This document shows, piece by piece, positions 48,866-62,360 of a DNA stretch of 64,000 bases (positions are counted from its first letter, which is position 1; each line of letters starts with the position of its first letter). The notes below the pieces were generated by a model. The model made no database searches, was not told where the DNA came from, and was given only the letters and a program-made list of their open reading frames with translations. Where the stretch lies: contig CDRNVU010000045.1 in assembly GCA_977017645.1 (NCBI GenBank), positions 2,480,001 through 2,544,000 of the forward strand. The letters are read 5' to 3'. This DNA is from Torpedo marmorata. Its lineage: Eukaryota. Position numbers and translations under genes: made by a program.

Positions 48866-49110
48866 TTTAAATTTAAATGTAGACACACATCACGGTAACA
48901 GGCCCTTCCGGGCCCCGAGCCCATGCCGCCCAATTACACCCGATGACCTGCAACCCCTGTACATTATGAACGGTTGGGGGAAAAGTGAGCACTCAGAAGA
49001 AACCAACGCAGACATGGGGAGAAAGTATAGACAGGGCTGCATTCGAATCCCGTTCACTGGCGTTTTAACAGCGCTGCGCTTACCGCAACGCTGAGCGTGC
49101 CGCCCTGTGC
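48866..49110 (-). mobile_element. V-SINE (HE1-like), copy in unit 2 retaining the 5' head
   Basis: Head GGCGGCACGCTCAGCGTTGCGGTAAGCGCAGCGC; paralogous to 45204-45428. Confidence 0.75.
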
Positions 49111-52100
49111 CATAGAATGTCCGCACTTACACCGCCTCAATTTGAGATTTCGACCGACCAAGTAGACAAAAGGTTCTAAAGGGTATAAAACATAGCCTTT
49201 TCCATTGCATGCACTGGTCTCCATTCCACTGAATACATCTTAGTCATACGCTGTCTCAAGGAAGCAGCAAACGTCGCTATGGGCCACCATGGCGCTGGTC
49301 GGAGACTTGTCTCATTTCTCCCTTACGGCAGAAGTTTTAGAAGCATGAAGACAAGAACAGTTTGGTTCCTAAAGTTAACAGCTGCCGGAGCCAACCGAAC
49401 TCACATCGTTGATGGACCACGTTGACGCCACAATAGGATGACGTCATCTGCGAAAAGTGCATCCAAGTGCAGGTCCTGACAGACCGTGTTAGGGAATCGG
49501 ACATGTCCGTTGACCTGAAACACCGCAGGATGATAACAGGTTTATTTTTTGGAGGGAACGATGAACAGGAAGTTAGATATTTTAACAGAACTGCCAATTT
49601 CCTTCGGCAGCGGGATTAAACAAGTGTAATAATAAAATTGAAATGTCCTTTGGAATGCAAAATGTTTGCAGTTATTTGAAAATAACTATGTTACTGATTA
49701 TCGTGGCAGACCTCTTCACCTCACATACGAATAACTGAACTGGGTATTGGATGGACCGTATGCTTCTGAAAACTGGACATAATGCGAGAAGCGGGATGGA
49801 AGTGACCATGCAATGTACGACTGTAATGAGTACAATGGTCTTCTGTGATTTCTGTCACTATTATATTTTCACACGTTGCCACAAACAAGCTGATGATTGA
49901 TGATCATTATATATCATCTTTCTCCAAATATTTGAACCCAGAATACAAGATAACCTCACGTAGAGCGAATCAAAACGAATGTACAGAAAATATCGTCTCG
50001 TGTGAGAAGTGGGATAGATATTGCTCTTTGAAAATACGAACATTAGTCTAACAGGCTATGTTGTGATCAATGGTGCAGGACTTGCAAAGAAGGACACGCT
50101 GCTGAATTAATAATTCTAACTAAATTCAAGTTTTGTAGAATAACAACTTTTGTATTATGTATATTCTTACACTCCCCACGAGCAAATTCTCATTAGAAAC
50201 TAAAGGTCGGATAAATAATCAAGTGCTTTTGAAATATTCTGTGGGAAGAGTGTCAATGCACGATTATTTTTTTTAAAATATTTTATTTAACATTTTAAAT
50301 CAATGAATAATACATATAATAAAATGCAAAATTATCAAAATACATGTGATACATTTTCACCCCCCCCTCTCCCTCCCCTCCCTAATCCTACCACCCCTAC
50401 TATTCTAATAAAATAAAAAAGAAGAAAGAAGGAATGAAAGAAAAAGATAAAGTAAGGAGAATTTCAATCTAAAATAGAACAATTATAAACTCATTTTATT
50501 CGTTCATTTTATTGGTTCGCCAGTCAGACCCGATCACAAGAGACCTTCAAATCTTTAAACCTACAGTTTTTATATACGGGCTCCATATTTTCAAAAAGAA
50601 GTTATATTTATTACGTAAATTATAAGTAATTTGTTTTAAAGTGGTGTTACTGAACGAAGTTCTGCATGCCAACATTCTAACCCTAATTCTACATCAGATT
50701 TCCATGTAATAGCAATGCATTTCTTAGAAACAGCTAAAGCAATTCGCAAAAATTCTATTTGATACATATTTAATCTCATCTTAATACTAATTATTTTAGT
50801 ATCTGCAAACAAAATATCATAGGACCATTGGGAGTGTAATTCTTAATACTTTGTCTAAAAACGTTTCAACTTTCAACCAAAAATCATATATCTTTGGACA
50901 AAGCCATGTAGAGTGTACAAAATAACCTTCATCTCTATTACATCTGAAACATAGACCTGATAGTGTCGGATTAAATTTATTTAATTTATTAAGTTTAAAT
51001 ATAATTGATGAAAGAAATTATATTGTACCAACCTATATCTTACGTTAATAATCTTCGTCATACTTTGTTTACATAGTTCTTTCCAATGTTCTTCATCTAT
51101 TATTACATTCAAATCTAATTCCTATTTTAATCTTGATTTATGAATTCCTAATTTAGGCTTTTTTCTCTGCAACAATCTATATATTTGAGAAATAAATTTA
51201 TTTACACCTCCATTAGTAACTAATAATTCCAGTTAACTTTTTCTTGGTAAAGTCAAACTATAGCCCAACCTTACAACTAAAAATGCTTTAATTTGATAAT
51301 AAGCAAAAAGTGTATTACTTGATATGTTAAAATTTTCCTTCATTCTTTGAAAAGTAATAAATTTAATAGCTTCAAAACAATCATTTATTTTCTTAATTCC
51401 CTTTTGAAACCATATTTTAATTAATTGATTATCAATAGTAAATGGAATAAGTTTATTTTGATATAAAGGCATTTTTAGAGAAAGTAACCCTTTTCCCTCC
51501 TATTTCCCTATCCACTCTATTCCATATTTCTAACAAATGTTAAAAATAGAAGAGTTTTTTCTTCTCTTAATAATAATTTAGAATTCCATTTATAAATAAC
51601 ATCTTCTTTTAAATCATCTCCTATATGATTTAATTATATTCTAATCCAAGCAGAAGATTTTCCTAAATCAAACATTTCATTAATAAATTTTAATTGAGCT
51701 GCTTTATAATAATTTTGAAAATTGGGAAGTTGTAAACCACCAATTTCATAATCCCAGGTTAATTTCTCCATACCTACTCTAGCCAACTTTCCTTTCCACA
51801 AAAATGTCCTAATAATTAAATTTAAACCTTTAAAGAATTTTTGAGGAACTTCATAAGGAATTTATTGAAAAAGATATTGAATTCTTGGAAAAATATTAAT
51901 TTTAATACAATTTACCCTTCCTATGAAAGTTATAGGTAAATCCTTCCAACTTTCTAAATATTTTTTAATATTCCAAAATAATGGTAAATAATTTAATTTA
52001 TATAAATTGGTTAATTTTGTATCTATTTTTATACCCAAATATTTAATTCCTTCATTTGACCATTAAAATTGTGTAATTTCTTTACGTTTATTATAATCCT

Positions 52101-53451
52101 CTTGTGTCAATACCATGATTTCGCTTTTATCAGAGTTAATCTTATAACCAGATATTTCCCCATTTCTCTCAATAAAACATTCAATTGTATTAAATAGGTT
52201 TTGTCATATAAATCAGTACATCATCTGCAAATAAACTAATTTTTTGCTTTTCTTTTCCAACTTTAATACCTACAATCTTAATATCTTGTCTAATTCTGCT
52301 AAAGGTTCTATTGCTAAAATAAACAATGCTGGCGACAAAGGGCATCCTTGTCTAGTTGACCAAGTCAAAGAAAATTTTGAATAAATTTGTCCATTGGTCA
52401 CCACTCTGGCAGAAGGATCTTTATACATAGTTTTAATCCAATTAATAAATGTAGTTCCAAAACCCAATTTTTCCAGTACTTTTAATAAATAATTCCACTC
52501 TAATCTATCAAAAGCCTTTTCGGCATCCAATGTTAATACTAATGCTAATTCCTCTTTCTTTTGTGCCACATTTATTAAACTAATTAATCTGGCTATATTT
52601 TCTTTTGAATATCTGTTCTTAATAAAACCTGCTTGATCTACATGAATTAAATCTGGTAAATATTTAGCCACTGAATTTGCGAAAATTTTCGCCATTATCA
52701 TATAATCCACATTTAGCAATGAAATTTGTCTATATGATTCTGTTTTCAATACATCACTATCTTTTTTAGGTATAACTGTAATTATTGCATTTGAAAATGT
52801 TTCCGGTGGAGAATGAGTTTCCGTTATTTGTTTTAACACCTCCATAAATAGAGGTATCAATAAATCCTTATATTCCTTATAAAATTCTGATGGGAAACCA
52901 TCGACCCCCGGAGATATTCCACTTGTTAAAGAACTAAGAAATTCATTAACTTCCCTCATCGAAAAAGACAAATATAAAAGTTCTTTACTTTGAGTATTTA
53001 GTCTAGGTAACTTAATTTTGGATGGAAATTCATTAATTTTAGAATCATCTTTATCAGTTTGAGATTTATATAGATTCAAATAAAATTCCTTACAGGAATC
53101 ATTTATTTCTCGAGGTTTATATGTTATTTTCCTTGAATTCTTTTTTATAGCACTTATAGTTCTAGAAGCTCGTTCTTTCTTTAATTACCACGCCAGCACT
53201 TTATGCGCTCTTTCTCCCAATTCATAATATCTTTGCTTATTTCTTTCAATTCATTTTTCCATTTTATATGTTTGTAACGTATTACAATACATTTTTTTCA
53301 ATTAAATTTTTTCACTTTTCTTCTGATCTCTTTTTTTGCAAATCCTTCTCCAAAAACTCAATCTCCTTCTCTAAATTATACACATCCCGAACATAATCCT
53401 TCTTAACTTTTTCTTGAATAACTTATTGTTTGGCCTCTTAAATAAGCCTAT

Positions 53452-54306
53452 TGTTACAAAATCAAACCAGCAACGACAGAAGACGCCATGCAAAAGGGGT
53501 AAAATTGAAATTTATATTTATTAAAGACAATTAAACATATAATTTCACAACAATTAAACCCACTATAAACATCTATAAACACTATTCTTATCTAAAAGGT
53601 GAGTGTGTGTGTGTGTAAAGCCCAGACCATTACAGTCTGTGCCCAACACTTATGTAAAAATGGAAAAACTTTCCCCAAAAACCCCAGGTCAGTCATAAAA
53701 ACAAGTCAGTCAAAAAAAAAGAATAATACAGTCCACAAAATTCACTCTCTAAGTTCAGGTTTCAAATTCAGATCTGTGCGCTGGTAGAAGTACTTCTAAA
53801 TGAACGTTGGAGAGAGATAATGACTGTTTATGCTTACAAATATTTGTTTTTCTTCTCTGATGACATTCCCTTCTTGTGTTTTCATAAGGATTGCGAGTTC
53901 ACATCTGAATACCACTGATTCAGGCGTGTGCTTGTATCTCACAGCTGGTCTCGCTGAACTCACGCCTGTTCTCCACAGAAGTTGCTTTTAACTTAGAATT
54001 TATCTGAGACAGGAGGCCATGTGCTATCCTGCCAGTCTTTTCTCTGGGATGCACAAGCCTGGATTTGGCTGTGTTCTCTAGACTTTGCATCTCCCAACTG
54101 TCTGCTTTTTGCAGAGGTCTGCACCTGCTTTTGCAAAAGTGCAACAATGTATCTTTTCCACAGCCTGTCTCTCTCTGCTCTCTCTGGGTACACCAAGTCC
54201 TGGGGAAGTTAACTCTTTCAGTACCTGGCCCCAGTGTGTACTCCAAAAGACTTCATCCTCCCTGCTGACCGTCCACAGTCCAAATGGTCAGTCATGGTCC
54301 ATAACT
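53452..54306 (-). repeat. 3' LTR of the Gypsy element
   Basis: Direct repeat of 58422-59261; preceded on the minus strand by a purine-rich tract (GTGGGTGGGAG). Confidence 0.93.
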
Positions 54307-54406
54307 ACTCCCACCCACAAAGAAAATTTTGAGGTGTCACAATATAAACAAAATCTACAATGTTCATCCACAAATACAAAATATGAACTATCTTCATTGA
54401 TAGAGT

Positions 54407-57026
54407 TTAACATCTAGAAAGACAATCAGCAATTACATTATCTTTAGCTTTTATATGTGTGATTACCGAATTATATTCTTGCAAAATTAGACTCCAATTC
54501 AACAACCGTCGATTCTTATTTTTCATTTTATAAAGAAAAACCAATGGATTATGGTCAGTATACACTATAAGTGGTTTTTGAGCTGTACAGATATACACAT
54601 CAAAGTGTTGTAGAGCCAACACAAGAGCCAACAACTATTTTTCTATGATTAAATAATTCCATTGATGATCATTGAACTTCTTAGAGAAGTAGGATACCGG
54701 ATGGTCATTGTCCTCTTCGTTCTTCTTCTGTAACAGCAACGCACCCACAGCTTCATCGCTGGCATCCACGGCTAAAGAAAACGGCTGTTCTAAATTAGAT
54801 GACTTTAGCACAGGTTGGTGGCATAACAAGGATTTCAATTTGACAAATGCTTCCTGACAACCTGTTGACCATACAAAATTTTCTTTCTTTCTAAGAAAAT
54901 TTGTGAGAGGGAGTGCAAGATCAGCAAAGTTTTTACAGAACTTGAGGTAGTAGCCAATGAATCCCAGGAACCTCCTCAGAGTTTTCTTACTAGTTGGAAC
55001 AGGGAACTCGGAAATAGTCACAACCTTTTCCTCTACTGGCGCCAACTTCCCCTGTCGTACTACATAACACAGAGAATTAACAGTCCCATGACCCTCTCTG
55101 AAACTGGTTTTATCTGTCTCCACCTTACCCCTGCCAATAACCAGCTCCTCTGGCAAATGTTCAGTCCTTTTTTTCGGCACCTGTTCAAAATATGGCTTAA
55201 TCATATTCACATGGCAGACCTGTGTGTCTGGTCTGCGATTAGGTGTTTCTATGACATAGGTGACATCATTAAATTTTGACATAACTCTATAGGGTCCTGA
55301 AAATCTAGCTCTAAGAGGATTTGAATGGATGGGAAACAGAACTAATACGTTCTCACCAGGTTTAAAAGTTCTCATCTCAGCCTTTCGATCATACCAAACC
55401 TTCATTCTCTGTTGAGTGGCCTTTAAATTCTCCTTTGACATCTCACATGCCCTATGCAATCGATCCTTAAATTCGGAAACATAATCTAACAGATTTAAAT
55501 GCACATCACGATTAATCCACTGTTCTTTTAATAATCTTAAAGGACCTCTCACTTCAGGTCCGAAAACTAACTCGAATGGACTAAAACCAATTGATTCTTG
55601 GACAGACGCCCTCGCTGCAAATAACAACAAATGAACCCCCTCATCCCAATCCTTTTCCTTCTCACAACAATATGTTCTAATCATGGTTTTCAAAGTCGAA
55701 TGGAACCTCTCCAAGGCCCCTGACTTTCTGGATGGTACGCAGAGGATACAATCTGTTTAACTCCTCGTCCGACAACCAAGTGTTGGAAAACGCCTGACAT
55801 GAAATTACTGCCCTGATCTTATTGAATTTCCCTTGGCAAACCTACCAAGGTAAAAAACTTTACCATAGCCTTTACAATTGAATTTGCTTTTATGTTTCTC
55901 AGAGGAATGGCCTCTGGAAATCTGGTGGCTGCACACATAATTGTTAACAAATACTCATTCCCCGCTTTGGTTTTGGGCAATGGGCCAACACAGTCCACAA
56001 TTACTCTCGAGAAACGCTCACTGAACGCATGGATAGGTTGCAAGGGTGTCACCGGGGGACCCTGATTAGGTTTTCCCACCACCTGACAAGTGTGAGAGGC
56101 CCGGCAAAAGCTTACAACCTCCCTTCTCAATAAGATTGTTTCATTATCTTCCTTATAGTTTTCTTCACCTAAGGGTGTACTATGAGCCAAATTTATTATT
56201 GTATTCCTGTATACTTTAGGGATCACAACCCGCTGCACTACTGCCCATTCGTCATTGGCAGGAACATCACATGGTCTCCACTTTTTCATCAACACCGCAT
56301 TTTTTTCATAATAACCCACTGGCACCTTTTTAATCTCCTCTTCAGAGAGAACCTTATCCCTCACTTCAGCAAGATCAGGATCGTCCTTTTGCCTTGCTAT
56401 AAACTCCTGTCGGGATAGTGACATATCTGTGCCTTTAGGTGTCTTATCAGTGGATGGGTGTAACATAGGAGATTGCTCAAACTTTTCCAGGTTTTCTTGA
56501 TTATCACTTACTTTTTCTTTCACCATGTTATTTTACACTGCCTTCTCTACAGTGAAATTTTTCTTAGACATGGCCCTGGTTACGGCACATGCCGGATAAA
56601 TATCAGAGACTTTCTCTGACTTATCAATGACTGGCCTAGTGGTCATTCGCACTGCAGGAACTTCTTTACCCTTGGCCAAGTCATTGCTAGAAACAGTGAG
56701 ACTCCTTCTACTGGCAACTCTGATCTCACTCCTATTATAACAGGTCCTTCCACCAAGTCTGAGTCCAACACTAGTTTGTGCAAAGGAATGGACTCAACAT
56801 CACCACCAATTACTTTAATTAAATTTATGTCACCGGTGTCAGTAGCTTCACAAAATTTCAATACACTATATAACACAAGTGACTGAGCAGCTCCAGTATC
56901 TCGCAAGAGTTTCACTGGAACTTGTTTTGATCCTGCCTTAACTGAAACAAAACCATCAGTCACAAAAGGTTTAAATACATCTTTAACTTTGTCAGTAAAT
57001 TTATCTCCTTCCTGGGTGTTGTGCAT
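54407..57026 (-). pseudogene. Gypsy Pol remnants: protease, integrase, RT C-terminus/RNase H
   Basis: ORFs 56643-57026, 55819-56526, 54635-55714 and 54407-54634, in PR-INT-RH order, with frameshifts. Confidence 0.9.
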
Positions 57027-57330
57027 CTTCTCACTGTGAATACAAGCATTAGGTGTTGCATCCTTTTCTCTCTTCTATTTCGACACTGGACAGCTTGCTA
57101 GCATATGACCAGCCTTCCTACATTAGTGGCAAATGTGACCCGAATGGTATTCCCTTTTCCACCTTCCTTCATCCCTTTCCTTAACACCACTTCCATATTT
57201 ACTTTCCACTTGCTTCTGATTATCCACAATGACCTTTTGGAAAATTCTACCTGACGTCCACTTAGGCTTGAGGGTTAAAGCATATTCATCTGCTAACTTA
57301 GCTGAATTTTGCCTAGTTTTCACCTCCTTT

Positions 57331-58314
57331 TCATCTGTATGCCTTAATATCCTCAGGAACACACCTTTTTATCTCCTCGGTTATTATCAATTCTCTCAAT
57401 TGATTAGAATCATTGTTTTCCGCCTTAGATCTGCACCACCTGTCAAAACACACAACCTTTTCATAGGCAAACTCTGTATAAGATTGGGTTGCTGATCTTT
57501 TTAAATTTCTAAACTTCTGTCTATAAGCCTCTGGAACTAACTCGTAAGCCTGGAGTATAGCCTTTTTCACCGTTTCATAATCAGCAGCTTGCTCCGTGGT
57601 AAGTGTACAATAAGCTTGCTGAGCTTTTCCTTTTATTACACTTTGTAACATAAGAGACCATTGGTCTTGTGGCCATTTTAATTTCACAGCCACCTGCTCA
57701 AAATGTTGGAAGTACTTATCTATTTCTGCCTGCTCAAATGGAGGAACCAACCTAACTTCTCTACTAGCCAAAAACCCCACAACTGGATGACAAATTTGAT
57801 CTTGGTGCTCTTCTTGTCTCCACTCATTTTCCAACTTTATCTTTTCCAGCATATATCTCCTATTTCTCTCATCATTCTCGTGTCTCTTTAGTTCCAATTC
57901 CATGTCTAATTTCTTTTGTTCCAATTCCGTGTCTATTTTTTTTTGTTCCCTGGCTGCCTCCAATTCTAATTTATTTTGTTCCCTGTTTGCCTCTAATTTC
58001 TTTTGTTCCCTGGCTGCCTCCAATTCTTTTTGTTCCAATTCCAATTTCTTTATTTCCAATTGTATGTTTTCAGAAGGATTAACCTTGGGAAACTGCTCTA
58101 ACACGCTTTCCTCAATTTTGTTTTCTTTTATATAGTATTTGACAAATTTTCTCCCAATCTCTGCTTTTTTCATAGATTGTTTTACAGAAGCAATGCCCAT
58201 CCCTGTTTCTATAGCCACTAACTGTTCCTTTTTTGTCTTTTTTAATGTATCAGGTTCAGGTGATTCCAAAAAATGTTCTACATCCATTGTTGCTGGTTTT
58301 TTTGTTACACACAC
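57331..58314 (-). pseudogene. Gypsy Gag (coiled-coil repeats + SCAN-related capsid region), frameshifted at 3' end
   Basis: RLVPPF...YFQHFE...WPQDQW...GKAQQAY...YELVPEAYRQKFR; ELEAAREQKK repeats. Confidence 0.85.
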
Positions 58315-58384
58315 ACTAGCTTTTAATTAGCGTTACAAAAGGAATGCCTTAAACCTAACTGGGATTCCTTCAATTACCAAAAAT

Positions 58385-58418
58385 GGATCTTGATTCAAAT
58401 CCTAGAACGAGCCCCAAA
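58385..58418 (-). promoter_or_regulatory. Primer-binding site complementary to the tRNA-Pro 3' end
   Basis: Minus strand TTGGGGCTCGTTCTAGGATTTGAA vs the canonical tRNA-Pro complement TGGGGGCTCGTCCGGGATTTGAA, 3 nt from the 5' LTR. Confidence 0.85.
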
Positions 58419-58421
58419 TTT

Positions 58422-59261
58422 TGTTTCAAAATCAAACCAGCAATGACAGAAGACGCAATGCAAAAGGGGTAAAATTGATATTTATATTTATTAAAGACAA
58501 TTAAACATATAATTCCACAACAACTAACCCCACTATAATCATCTATAAACACTTTTCTTATCTAAAAGGTGTGTGAGTGTGTGTGTGTGTAAAGCCCAGA
58601 CCATTACAGTCTGTGCCCAACCCTTATGTAATAATGGAAAAACTTTGCCCATAAAAACAAGTCAGTCAAAAAAAAGAATAATACAGTCCACAAAATTCAC
58701 TCTCTAAGTTCAGGTTTCAAATACAGCTCTGTGCGCTGGTAGAAGTACTTCTAAATGTACGTTGGAGAGAGACAATGACTGTTTATGCTTACAAATACTT
58801 GTTTTTCTTTTCTGATTACATTCCCTTCTTGTGTTTTCATAAGGATTGCGAGTTCAGATCAGTATACCACTGATTGAGGCGTGTGCTTGGATCTCACAGC
58901 TGGTCTCGCTGATCTCACGACTGTTCTCCACAGAAGTTGCTTTTAACTAAGAATTTCTATGAGACAGGAGGCCATGTGCTATCCTGCCAGTCTTCTCTCT
59001 GGGATGCACAAGCCTGGATTTGGCTGTGTTCTCTAGCCTTTGAAACTCCCAACTGTCTGCTTTTTGCAGAGGTCTGCACCTGCTTTTGCAAAAGTGCAAC
59101 AATGTATCTTTTCCACAGCCTGTCTCTCTCTGCTCTCTCTGGGTACACCAAGTCCTGGGGAAGTTAACTCTTTCAGTACCTGGCCCCAGTGTGTACTCCA
59201 AAAGACTTCATCCTTCCTGCTGACCGTCCACAGTCCAAATGGTCAGTCATGGTCCACAGCA
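58422..59261 (-). repeat. 5' LTR of the Gypsy element
   Basis: Direct repeat of 53452-54306; followed on the minus strand by the PBS. Confidence 0.93.
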
Positions 59262-59454
59262 CTATGAAGCTTCCCAAATAATAAATTTATTATCAATCGA
59301 ATTAGAATTAATCTGTAAAAATTCTTGAATTTCTCTTCTTATTTTATTAGGAAAATCCATTCTTTTCAATAAAGAGAATTAAATCTCCACCAATATATAT
59401 AGTTTATTTCTTTTTCTGGAATTATACGTGACATTAATAATAAAGAAAGCTATA

Positions 59455-62360
59455 AAAGGATCAAAGGTATCTGGTGCGAGAAGTAAATTATCTAAAGTGT
59501 CTGATAATAAAAGGTCATATTTAAAAAAAGAGTCACAGGAAAAGAAACCAACCAAAAGGATAGATATTTTAGAACCAACGATACAAGACTCGCAAAGACA
59601 AAACCAAATCTTTCAAGAGCATATTTGTATCGAGTTACATGTACCAGTAGTAACATCTGAAGACAAAGCTGCGGCTTGGGTTCGGTCGAATGATGCAGTT
59701 TCCTTGTTATGTGAGTCAAGCATCAACAATATGGAAGAAATTACACCAGTGAGGCTTATTGTATTGTCATCAAAAGGAAGACAAAATGAAATTGCTGCAT
59801 CATTGATTCAGTTACAGTCTCTCTCTTCTTTACCCAAGAAAGAGATGCAAACTTTTGATGGTGATCTACTTCAGTATCAATCGTTCATGAGATCTTTCAA
59901 TCGTAATATTGAAAATAAATGCCAAGATCGTGATGAATGTCTTTATTATTTGGAAATGTTCACAAAGGGATATCCGAAAGAACTTGTAAAGAGTTGTCAA
60001 CATATGTCTTCAGAAATAGGATTAGACAGAGCTAATGCTTCACTAGAACAATATTTTGGCAACAAGCATCGAATTGCTTTAGCTTCTATGGATAAAGCTC
60101 TTAAAACAGAATGATGTAAAGACTTTACAAGAATATACTCTATTTTTAAGAAGTTGATGTAATGCCATGGTAGATATCTATAAAATTCGTGAGCTTGAAA
60201 TGCCTGATAATATGCGAATCATCTTACAAAAATTACCTTACAAGTTATGGTATAGATGGAGAAATTTTGCTTGTGATTTACAAGAAAAGTAAAGTCGTAG
60301 AGATACTTTAAAGGACTTGGAAAAAATTCTTGAACGACAGGTGTACATTGAAACAGATCCAATATATAGAAATACCAGAGACAATTCAATGGGCAAAGAT
60401 GAAAGGAGGTCCAACTCACAGCCTAGTCCGAAATTGAAAAGGAGTACTTTTGCTAATGTGTCAGTTATAAATAAAGAAAAGAACAAAGTAAATAAGGAAA
60501 AGGACAGATTGCCTGATTAAAATAGTTGTTTGTTCTGTAAAGGTGGTCATACTTTGGAAATGTGTTTATGATTGGAAAAGAAGGAACATAATGAGAAGAT
60601 CGCTTTCTTAAAGGAAAATGGAATATTTTTATCTGTCTGTGTAAAAGGCACATCAGTAAAAACTGCAAGAAGCGAATTAATTGTAACATATGTAAGTTAA
60701 AACATCCTAGAATGTTGCATAACCATCAAAGAAACAAGAAATTGGAAAATGAGCAAACAGAAACAAAGAAAACAACCGAAAACAACGTTATAACCTTGGT
60801 TCAGGCAAGTGGTCTTACCGGGGCCGGTATAGATAACTGAAAACTTTCAACAATTCCTGTACAAGTCAAGACCAAGAAAGGGGATGCAACAATACATACA
60901 TATGCATTTCTAGACCCAGGCCGCACTGCATCGTTTTGCACGGAATGACTAATGAACAAACTTAATATTCAAGGAAGAAGATGAAGAATTATGGTGAAAA
61001 CCATGGGTCAGGAAAAGGTCGATTAAACTAGCATTCTTTCAGGCTTAGAGGTTTCTGGATTGGATGACAAAAATATTTGTGATCTTCCAAGTTTATACAC
61101 TCAGAAGACTATGCATGTGCATGAAGGAAACATTCCTCATCAAAATGATATCCATCATTTGTCTCATCTGTGGAAGGTTTATGTACCTGAAATTAATTCT
61201 GAGATAGAAATGCCGATTGGTTCAGATGAGCCAAAGGTTTTGAAACCACTTGAAATAATACGGAGTAGAAGCAATGGATTTTACGCAGTTAGAACCAAGC
61301 TTGGTTGGACAATCAATGGACCATTGGAAAGAAATAATGATATTGATCAGGAATAGTTAGCGATAAATATTAATAGGATTTCGGTTATGAAAGTTTATGA
61401 GTTAAGGGAAGAGCAAAAGACTGTGAATAAGAAAATCACTTTTGAAGAAAAGAATACAGATCAATGTGAAAATAAATCAAGGGTATTTAAAACAACATTA
61501 AAGGAATTATGTTCATCAGAAATGGATAAGAATGAAGTATTAGAATATGTTGCAAATAATACTATGGGTTATTCATGTGTAATTGAATCAGATACAGGAA
61601 TAAAACAAGTGACTGAAAACAAATGTGAATGTAGATTTTATAGTTCAGAGGTTACAACAGACAAAGTTAATGAAGAAATAATGCAATGTGATGTAAAAGT
61701 GGAGAACGCAGGAAATTGTGCTGATGGAATAAAGAAGATTGTGAATGATAATTTAATGCAATTGAATTCAGAGAAAAATGTTGAAAGGGGAATGGGAAAT
61801 AGTAGAGAATCATGAAAACAGTAAACAGAAAAATGTAATTGTAAGTAAAATTCGCAAAGTCAGAAAGCGGAAGAAAAGAATAACTTTTGAAGAAATGAAT
61901 ACAGTTATTGAGGAAAGAGATTCAGCATTATCAAAATGTAAAAGATTGGAGGAATAGATTAATATTTTGAAAGTGAACAAGTTATTGGTTAATAACACAA
62001 AACAGTTGACGATAGAAAATAATCAAGAATGTAAATTGAATGTTAATCTATTAACAATGCAGAAAGAAAGTGATATTGTTTTGCAGAAATGTAAAAAGCA
62101 AGATGAAGAAAATAAAAAAATCATGTTTACCACAGGAGGGTTGGCAATAGAAATACCAATGTATCACATGATATTTTGATTTCAAATCAAGTTATTAATT
62201 TCTCGGAAGGAACTGAGACTGAATTGAAAGTTGCAAAATTGCATTTGGAATTGCAGGAAAAGGCAACAGATACAAGAGTTGTTAAAGAGACTCGTTTATT
62301 AAAATCGATAGAATCAGATAAATATTCAAATTCTTGTTCTAATTGTTTAAATACTTCATA
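59455..62360 (+). mobile_element. BEL/Pao LTR retrotransposon relic (gag, Cys/His fingers, protease) followed by an unassigned E/K/N-rich region
   Basis: LPKKEMQTFDGDLLQYQSF...LYYLEMFTKG (DUF1759-like), CLFCKGGH, CNICKLKHPRMLH, TYAFLDPG and YAVRTKLGWTING; no LTR identified. Confidence 0.82.

Larger units (their letters stand above)
43399..50026. repeat. Direct tandem segmental duplication: unit 1 43399-46315, unit 2 46316-50026 (unit 2 has an extra L1)
   Basis: Colinear high similarity throughout (for example ORFs 46145 vs 49845, and 43971 vs 46687); GCTC microhomology at 43399, 46316 and 50023. Confidence 0.95.
53452..59261 (-). mobile_element. Gypsy/Ty3 LTR retrotransposon, Gmr1-like clade (gag-PR-INT-[RT deleted]-RH), two LTRs, 4-bp TSD CTAT
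   Basis: LTRs 53452-~54306 and 58422-59261 with TG..CA-type ends; TSD CTAT at 53448-53451 and 59262-59265. Gag 57331-58314, zinc knuckle ~57090-57130, protease LLRDTGA, integrase (DCVGPLP, ERFHSTLK), RNase H (VDASD, TDHNPL, NVIADCLSR). Confidence 0.95.
50267..59450 (-). mobile_element. Long L1-B copy (most of ORF2), split by the Gypsy element
   Basis: ORF 52270-53079 (SPGVDGF, LDAEKAFDRLEW, TRQGCPLSP) and LFADD at ~52225. IWEAS*|AYLRGQ rejoins across 59266/53447. Confidence 0.92.

Noticed and set aside
53920-54417. Overlapping ORFs repeated at 58937-59267
   Set aside because: They lie within the two LTRs; the duplication reflects LTR identity, not genes.
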